A stretch of DNA of 64,000 bases from an uncultured bacterium (GTDB lineage Bacteria > Babelota > Babeliae > Babelales > Babelaceae): positions 1,381 through 65,380 of the forward strand of contig CAIKXM010000023.1 in NCBI GenBank assembly GCA_903831405.1, written 5' to 3'. Positions 58,015-64,000 of this stretch are shown piece by piece. Under the pieces are notes generated by a model. It was not told the DNA's origin and ran no database searches. It saw nothing but the letters and a program-made list of their open reading frames with translations. How positions within the stretch are numbered: the stretch's first letter is position 1; the number at the start of each line of letters is the position of its first letter. Position numbers and translations under genes: made by a program.

Positions 58015-60414
58015 ATGAAAATACTACTCAGTTGGCTACTCCATCATCTGCAATATAATAAAAACATTACAGCAGAATTTGCATACAATATTCAACAACT
58101 ATTAAGTCTTCATACTGCTGAAATAGAGAGAGTTTCTCATATAAAAACACAGGCAGAATCATTGAGCGCTGGACACGTTGTACATATCTTTTCTGACACC
58201 ATAGAAGTGTATTCCAAAGAATGGCAAAAAAGCGTTATTCTTCCTATTCGCGAAAATGCTTTCACTGGTGATTGGTTCTTAATTCGATATGACTACATAA
58301 GCGATCAAGGCCATTGGGCTCAAATGAGCGACTTTGGCTCTACAAGTGATGGATTAATTCCTGCGCTTGGAGATGATCCTGATACATTACAATCAGGTCA
58401 ATGGAAAAAAAATATCGCATGGGAAGATTTTGTTTTCGAAATAGACAATGCAGCAGTAAGCCATCGACCGGACCTGTGGGGACATCAGGGATGGGCACGC
58501 GAAGTAGCAGCATTACTTTCCATACCTTTTTTGGACCATGAATATCAAAAAGCACTACCTACAAACATCACCGAGCAATACTTTTCTGACCTGCCATCGC
58601 ACAGCACAACTGCTGAACTTTGTGCTCAGAATATATGCATGCGAATCGAAAAAAACACTCCCTGTAATCGCTTGGTAAGTTCAACCATTACTACGAGCAA
58701 TGCGGGAGCAAGTCGTATTTTTTATACCATACAATTAGCGCGCATTGACGCACGATCAAAAAGTGCTCTTATTGATGCAACCAATTATGTGATGTATGAT
58801 ACCGGCCATCCTATGCATGGATTTGATCAAAGTGGTATTTCTGGCAACACTATAACGCTTCGCAATGCTGAGAATGCAGAGCAACTTGAACTACTTGATA
58901 CCGTTACTATTAAGCTTAACGATCATGATTGCATATTTGCAGATCAAAGTGGACCTCTTTCCCTTGCAGGTGTTATGGGTGGAGCTCGCGCATCTCTAAG
59001 CACCGCAACAACCACTATTATTGTAGAAGCCGCATCATACCAAGCAAGTACTATTCGACAAAGTTCGCTTCGTCATAAGCATAGAACGGAGGCTTCGACA
59101 CGATTCGAAAAGTCTACCGATCCACTCGGTTGTGATCGTGCTATTGGTTGTTTTTTTAGTACAATAAAAAATATGGGTATTGCCATTGATCCATCAACAG
59201 CAATCCTGATTCTTGGTAATGAAAAGCTCAAAATACGCACTATTTCACTCTCGCACCAAACAATAGAACAAAAAATTGGCAGCAGTATCGCCTCTATGCA
59301 AGTACAAACCATATTGAACAATCTTGGCTTTGAAGTAGTGCAAAAACAGGATGAATATATCGTAACAATCCCTTCATTTCGCGTTGCAAAAGATATAGCA
59401 ATTGCCGAAGATATTATTGAAGAAATTGCACGTATATATGGATATGACACTATTGTTCCTGCCCTGCCTATGATGAAGATGGCATCACATGACATCTCTC
59501 TACTACAAAACGTTCGCACTATCAAACAAGTTGCTGCACGAACATGTGGACTATATGAATTATATTCACACGCACTCTACGATGAATATTTTTTAAAACA
59601 AATAGACTATAACCCAATCAATACTATTGATGTTGCTAACCCAATCTCTGATAATGCAAAACGACTGGTGACCTCACTGGTTCCCCATCTACTCAAAGCC
59701 TGTCAATTAAACAGTGTTCAAAATAATTCCCTAGGATTTTTCGAAGTACAACGAATATGGGAACGCACAGGATCAGAGAGTATTGAACGTGAAGTGCTTG
59801 CTCTTACTTCTGCAACAGTTGGCGCAGAAGGTTCTTTTTATAATGGTAAAGATATTGTTACCCGTATTTTTGGCTCCATCGACGCATCTCTGCAATGGAT
59901 ACGCTATGATCAGTATGCAAACCAATCAACCATTCCTTTATGGATACAACACATCACACGCGAATTGTTAAGCACCAATCAAATAGCACTATTGCTGAGC
60001 AATGATGAAATCGTTGGATATGCAGGCATGATACGCTTTGACAAAATGCAGAAACTCTTCGAAGGCACTATATTTGTCTGTGAATGTGAATACAAAAAAA
60101 TAATAAAAAATATCAAAAAAATTTCATACACGCCGCTCTCAAAGTATCAACATGTCTTTCTTGATATTAGCATGCTCGCTCCCTATACATTAACCGTTGA
60201 TGCGATAGAACATATAATAAGCACTTCAGATAATCGTATTAAAGACATTCGAATGGTTGATTATTTTACAAAAGCAGAATGGGTTGATCAACGATCAGTC
60301 ACCCTGCGCGTTCGAGTGCAAGATGAAACAAAAGCCGTTGACAAAGAAACTATTGAAGAAGTAATGAATGCTATGAAAATATCTGTTGAATCAAAAGGAG
60401 CACTTGTTCGCTAA
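58015..60414 (+). CDS. pheT: phenylalanine--tRNA ligase beta subunit
   Basis: MKILLSWLLHHL N-terminus, B3/4 region NYVMYDTGHPMHGFD, LAGVMGG, B5 and the C-terminal FDX-ACB-like domain. No pheS is adjacent. Confidence 0.85.
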   Translation: MKILLSWLLHHLQYNKNITAEFAYNIQQLLSLHTAEIERVSHIKTQAESLSAGHVVHIFSDTIEVYSKEWQKSVILPIRENAFTGDWFLIRYDYISDQGHWAQMSDFGSTSDGLIPALGDDPDTLQSGQWKKNIAWEDFVFEIDNAAVSHRPDLWGHQGWAREVAALLSIPFLDHEYQKALPTNITEQYFSDLPSHSTTAELCAQNICMRIEKNTPCNRLVSSTITTSNAGASRIFYTIQLARIDARSKSALIDATNYVMYDTGHPMHGFDQSGISGNTITLRNAENAEQLELLDTVTIKLNDHDCIFADQSGPLSLAGVMGGARASLSTATTTIIVEAASYQASTIRQSSLRHKHRTEASTRFEKSTDPLGCDRAIGCFFSTIKNMGIAIDPSTAILILGNEKLKIRTISLSHQTIEQKIGSSIASMQVQTILNNLGFEVVQKQDEYIVTIPSFRVAKDIAIAEDIIEEIARIYGYDTIVPALPMMKMASHDISLLQNVRTIKQVAARTCGLYELYSHALYDEYFLKQIDYNPINTIDVANPISDNAKRLVTSLVPHLLKACQLNSVQNNSLGFFEVQRIWERTGSESIEREVLALTSATVGAEGSFYNGKDIVTRIFGSIDASLQWIRYDQYANQSTIPLWIQHITRELLSTNQIALLLSNDEIVGYAGMIRFDKMQKLFEGTIFVCECEYKKIIKNIKKISYTPLSKYQHVFLDISMLAPYTLTVDAIEHIISTSDNRIKDIRMVDYFTKAEWVDQRSVTLRVRVQDETKAVDKETIEEVMNAMKISVESKGALVR

Positions 60415-60851
60415 TGAAAACTATCACAAAAGTAATACTCGCCACAAGCTGTATCATACTACTAGACCAAGCAAGTAAATGGTTTATACGACACTATTAT
60501 CCAGCAGATTTTATTTGCAACAATGGCATGTGCTTTGGTATTGCTCAAACCTCTAGCATGCATGGCTACGTATTACAAACAGCTCTGATAAGTATAAGCA
60601 TAGCAATTGCTATATGGTACTCATATATTTCGTATCGCAACACTATGTCAATCATACCCTATGCATTATTAATAGGCGGAGGAATTTCTAACATCATCGA
60701 TCGATGTACGCTTGGCTTTGTTGTTGATTTTATTTCTTTTCGTATAAAATGTGGCCCATGGATATACTTTTGGCCATGGTTTAATATTGCTGATATTGCT
60801 ATTGTCAGCGGTATTTTGTTGATTTTGTACACATCTCGTACAAAAAAATAA
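60414..60851 (+). CDS. lspA: lipoprotein signal peptidase (SPase II)
   Basis: LDQASKW, NNGMCFG, GGGISNIIDR and FNIADIAI. A TAATG overlap links it to the pheT stop. Confidence 0.9.
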   Translation: MKTITKVILATSCIILLDQASKWFIRHYYPADFICNNGMCFGIAQTSSMHGYVLQTALISISIAIAIWYSYISYRNTMSIIPYALLIGGGISNIIDRCTLGFVVDFISFRIKCGPWIYFWPWFNIADIAIVSGILLILYTSRTKK

Positions 60852-60951
60852 GCCTGTCCACGATGGAGACGTTTGTACATCAATAAAAAAGAAAAACAAT
60901 CTTATCATCAAATGCAAGCTAAAAAAACTGCACCATAGCTAAGAGGGGAAT

Positions 60952-61677
60952 ATGTTTATGCATAGCTTTATAAATAAAAAAACATTTTTAACACAACTCA
61001 TTATGAGCCTTTTTTTGCTGCCAAACGTATTACACGGCATGCAAAACAGAGATCCTGATTTTTCACAGGTAATAAATACTCTTCACATGCTTGGAGCCCT
61101 TGTACAATACGAATCTCTTACAAGCAGAGAAACAATTGAGTCATTTAAAAAAAGAATCTACAAATCTATTCTGTCATTTAATTGCGAAGAAGCATTAGAG
61201 TATCTCGAGCAACTTTTCGCAAACAATATACCTATTGAACGCAGAGAAGCAATACAAGAAATAATAATACAAGTAGAACAGTTCACTATTATAGCTAAAT
61301 ACGCAAAAGATCATGCAATACAATACAATCGAAACTTTATGCCAGCAGCACATATGCCTATCTTTGAGCTTGTTATTAGAATGCAACAAGATGGCTTTGT
61401 TATGGCTAAAAATCTCATTGAAGGCTCAGATATTGCGCATTTATTAAATCAAGAAAATAACGGATGGTTATACTATGCAACTATGTGGCATAATAAACCT
61501 CTTGTTGAATGGTTGCTAGAACAAGCTAATCAGCAGCATATACCTATAATTAATATGCAAAACAACAATCAAGAAACAGCTCTTGATATAGCAGAAGATA
61601 CTGCTATAGGAAATCCTGTAATTGCCCAAACGTTGCGTAAAAATAGAGGCCTGCATGGCAGAACAATACACGATTAA
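60952..61677 (+). CDS. secreted protein, ANK-tail family (member 3)
   Basis: Leader ..NVLHGM|QNR. C-terminal part GWLYYATMWHNKPLVEWLLEQA...QETALDIAED...LRKNRGLHG. The start may be ATG 60958. Confidence 0.7.
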   Translation: MFMHSFINKKTFLTQLIMSLFLLPNVLHGMQNRDPDFSQVINTLHMLGALVQYESLTSRETIESFKKRIYKSILSFNCEEALEYLEQLFANNIPIERREAIQEIIIQVEQFTIIAKYAKDHAIQYNRNFMPAAHMPIFELVIRMQQDGFVMAKNLIEGSDIAHLLNQENNGWLYYATMWHNKPLVEWLLEQANQQHIPIINMQNNNQETALDIAEDTAIGNPVIAQTLRKNRGLHGRTIHD

Positions 61678-61758
61678 CAAAAATCTATCCCATTGGCACC
61701 TAGAAAACATTTTAGATTAATAAAATTAATAAAACATAACAACAAACCAAAGAATATA

Positions 61759-62499
61759 ATGATACACAAACTTTTTTTATCGATCAGTGTAACAATCTTC
61801 CTGCTTTGCAGCTCCAATGTGCTACACGCTATGGATCTTTTCACTACCCTAGAGCAATGTGCTACACTTCCACAACCTGAAGGATCTTCACACAGACAAC
61901 ACATAGACGATGCAACCGATCAAGAAATAAAAGCAATATACGAAAACCTTTTATATCTTAGCGTTGCCGAAGCTACAGAATATTTAGAATACGAACAAAG
62001 AAAGTGCTCTTCGATTCAAAAAAGCGAACTGCTGCAAAAAATGGTACAGCAGTTTCAGGATTTTAAAATAATCTACAGTAGATATCTAGAAACTCTTAAC
62101 ATGCATAATCGAGCAATAGCTGTTGATGCAAATATGTGTGAGCTTTTAATCAAAGACATGCAACAAGATGGACTCACATTCATAAAATATATTATTACTA
62201 CCGTAGGTATGCAATACCAATTTACTAATAATGCAAATCGTGGATGGCTGCATTTTGCAACCATATGGCGCAACGAAAAGCTTATACAATGGTTGCTCAG
62301 CGAGTCATATAAACAAACATTTTCAAACAACTCTCTTATTAATAAGCAAGACGATAATGGCCACACTGCTCTTGATGAAGCGGTATTACTAGGCGTAACA
62401 TATAATTCTATTGCAAAAATATTACGCAGTAATGGTGGTGTGCATGGGACTAGAAGGCCAAGCATGATGGAAATATTAGTACATCATTGGACTGAGTGA
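61759..62499 (+). CDS. secreted protein, ANK-tail family (member 4)
   Basis: ATG 61759 (the track ORF opens at TTG 61693). Leader ..NVLHAM|DLF. C-terminal part GWLHFATIWRNEKLIQWLLSES...GHTALDEAVLLG...LRSNGGVHG. Confidence 0.7.
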   Translation: MIHKLFLSISVTIFLLCSSNVLHAMDLFTTLEQCATLPQPEGSSHRQHIDDATDQEIKAIYENLLYLSVAEATEYLEYEQRKCSSIQKSELLQKMVQQFQDFKIIYSRYLETLNMHNRAIAVDANMCELLIKDMQQDGLTFIKYIITTVGMQYQFTNNANRGWLHFATIWRNEKLIQWLLSESYKQTFSNNSLINKQDDNGHTALDEAVLLGVTYNSIAKILRSNGGVHGTRRPSMMEILVHHWTE

Positions 62500-62542
62500 A
62501 CGATGAAGAAAAAATATATTATATATGGGGGAAAGGTAATTA

Positions 62543-62833
62543 ATGGATAAAAAAATAATATTAATGAGCATAGCAATCTATTTTTGTGTAACATATAATG
62601 CAATACATACTATGGAAGCAGTAGAAATAAAATATCTTAATTGTTTTCAAGATATATACCTGTTAAACACGCTCACTACAGGCACAAGTCAAGAGTCGCT
62701 TGCCATTAGAGCGGCAATAGAATCTTTCAAAAATTCAACAGAAGCTTTTAATAATTTACAAAGAGAGCAACTCAAACACATACAACGTTTAGCAGAACTA
62801 TCAGCAATTACTACCACCTGTTTACCAGATTAA
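62543..62833 (+). CDS. small hypothetical secreted protein
   Basis: RBS GGGGGAAAGG. Leader ..YNAIHTM|EAVE. 96 aa with no ANK tail. Confidence 0.45.
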   Translation: MDKKIILMSIAIYFCVTYNAIHTMEAVEIKYLNCFQDIYLLNTLTTGTSQESLAIRAAIESFKNSTEAFNNLQREQLKHIQRLAELSAITTTCLPD

Positions 62834-62897
62834 ATAACTACAATATATATTTAAAAAATCAAAATATCTCAAATATAATCGATAGATATAATAAAAT

Positions 62898-63842
62898 ATG
62901 ATCACGAACAAAAAAATAATAACATTGCTGCTTATTATCAACATTTGCTTTATCTCTCTATTACACCCAATGGAACAAACAACTCGCAGGGTAGATGTAG
63001 AAAATCACATCATCAAAACAGAAATAGAAATAAAAAAGCCAGGTGCTACTCGAAGCGAACAATTAAATGCCACTCAATATGCAGAATTAATTGCCATTCT
63101 AAAGAAACATCTAATTGCCATGCGCGCGGCAAACGATATATCCCGTGACTCCATGCGAATGGAAAACGATATATACCGTGAAAATTTGAAACCTACAATA
63201 AGAAATCGCACAACTACACAACCTGAATATACTGACAAGGAAGCAATAGAATGTACAAAAGAAATATATACACATATTGTATGCCTTAATCTTACGCAGG
63301 CATTGGAATATCTCAATAGTTTATACATAAGCGATATCTCTATACAGAAAATGAATATAGCCTGGAAAATATTGAAGCAAATGCAACAGTTTAAAATTAT
63401 GGTGGAATATTGCATAACTAATCATAAGCACGAGACTCTATACTATAACTCAAACAACTTTAGCTATTTTTTCGTCGGCACAAATCCTAATGCTCCTATT
63501 TTTGAACTTGCCATTAAAATGAAAGAAGATGGCCTTGTTATGGCGAAAGATATCATTGCAAGTACCGGCATTACCTATATGTTTAACCAAGAAAACAAAA
63601 GAGGCTGGCTATATTACGCAACCATTTGGGATAACGATGAACTGGTAAAATGGTTGCTCGAACAAGCCTGCGAAGAACACTTAACTGGTATTTGTTTCAT
63701 TAATACAGAAAACTCTTATCATCAAACAGCACTCGATGTCGCAGAAGATGGTTCTGTAGGAAATTCTGTTGTTGCAAAAATATTACGCGCACATGGCGGA
63801 TTACACAGCAGAGATATACCTAAACATCTAAAAATAGATTAA
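62898..63842 (+). CDS. secreted protein, ANK-tail family (member 5, longer N-terminal region)
   Basis: Leader ..SLLHPM|EQT. C-terminal part GWLYYATIWDNDELVKWLLEQA...HQTALDVAEDG...LRAHGGLHS. Confidence 0.7.
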   Translation: MITNKKIITLLLIINICFISLLHPMEQTTRRVDVENHIIKTEIEIKKPGATRSEQLNATQYAELIAILKKHLIAMRAANDISRDSMRMENDIYRENLKPTIRNRTTTQPEYTDKEAIECTKEIYTHIVCLNLTQALEYLNSLYISDISIQKMNIAWKILKQMQQFKIMVEYCITNHKHETLYYNSNNFSYFFVGTNPNAPIFELAIKMKEDGLVMAKDIIASTGITYMFNQENKRGWLYYATIWDNDELVKWLLEQACEEHLTGICFINTENSYHQTALDVAEDGSVGNSVVAKILRAHGGLHSRDIPKHLKID

Positions 63843-63903
63843 AGAAAATAGCATTGCCTAGTACATACATATCTACAAAACCAATAAACCACATATACAT
63901 ACC

Positions 63904-64000
63904 ATGCACAAATTCATTAATCTTATGCGCATCACAATAAAAAAAATAGCAAAAGCTATTTCACTGTTTTTGTTTCCCCCACTCTGCATTGGCTGCCGTC
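63904..64000 (+). CDS. possible ComF/GntX-family phosphoribosyltransferase, first 32 codons only
   Basis: My translation is MHKFINLMRITIKKIAKAISLFLFPPLCIGCR. LFPPxCxxC is the usual ComF-family N-terminal motif. It runs off the window end. Confidence 0.35.
   Translation, partial: MHKFINLMRITIKKIAKAISLFLFPPLCIGCR

Overview
AT-rich, gene-dense bacterial chromosome segment read with the standard code. No transposase, integrase, phage gene, CRISPR array or rRNA is recognisable. The housekeeping backbone is lepB (partial), an M23 peptidase, rlmN, topA, dnaA, two tRNA-Arg, tlyA, htrA, glyQS, tmRNA, skp-like, atpD-atpC, ybeY, valS, murG, holB, tmk, RNase P RNA, atpB, murB, pheT, lspA, rpsU, rbfA and pilA/pilD. 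Between these sit traits typical of a host-dependent or intracellular lifestyle. They include two tandem ATP/ADP translocase (NTT) genes and secreted proteins with eukaryote-like modules: ankyrin, WD40 with a BTB-like head, and possible F-box-like helices. There are also several tandem paralogue pairs of signal-peptide ORFans. By inference only, this gene mix resembles Dependentiae (TM6)-like or similar amoeba-associated parasites. I could not run any search. Two RNA genes are absent from the ORF track and are overlaid by spurious ORFs: tmRNA (16920..17311) and RNase P RNA (45128..45535). The observations I rate highest are listed below.
1. A single ORF next to atpB encodes four fused c-subunit hairpins, one of which has lost its carboxylate. 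The ATP synthase genes are scattered and epsilon is truncated.
2. An oriented ~110-nt intergenic element with a TTTGCAAA palindrome recurs at least five times upstream of plus-strand genes. Three smaller intergenic repeat families are also present.
3. One of those families forms an inverted pair bracketing a ~10-kb block that holds the NTT genes and ORFans.
4. A GC-rich palindromic repeat mosaic beside dnaA embeds two duplicated tRNA-Arg units. Each unit carries an upstream copy of its own 5' end.
5. Ten otherwise unrelated secreted ORFs share the leader ending [H/S/C/G]-x-M-[Q/E/D].
6. One secreted protein consists of four tandem Cache-like domains with no output domain.
7. A mutually exclusive hairpin/terminator arrangement lies in front of an MBL-fold hydrolase gene.
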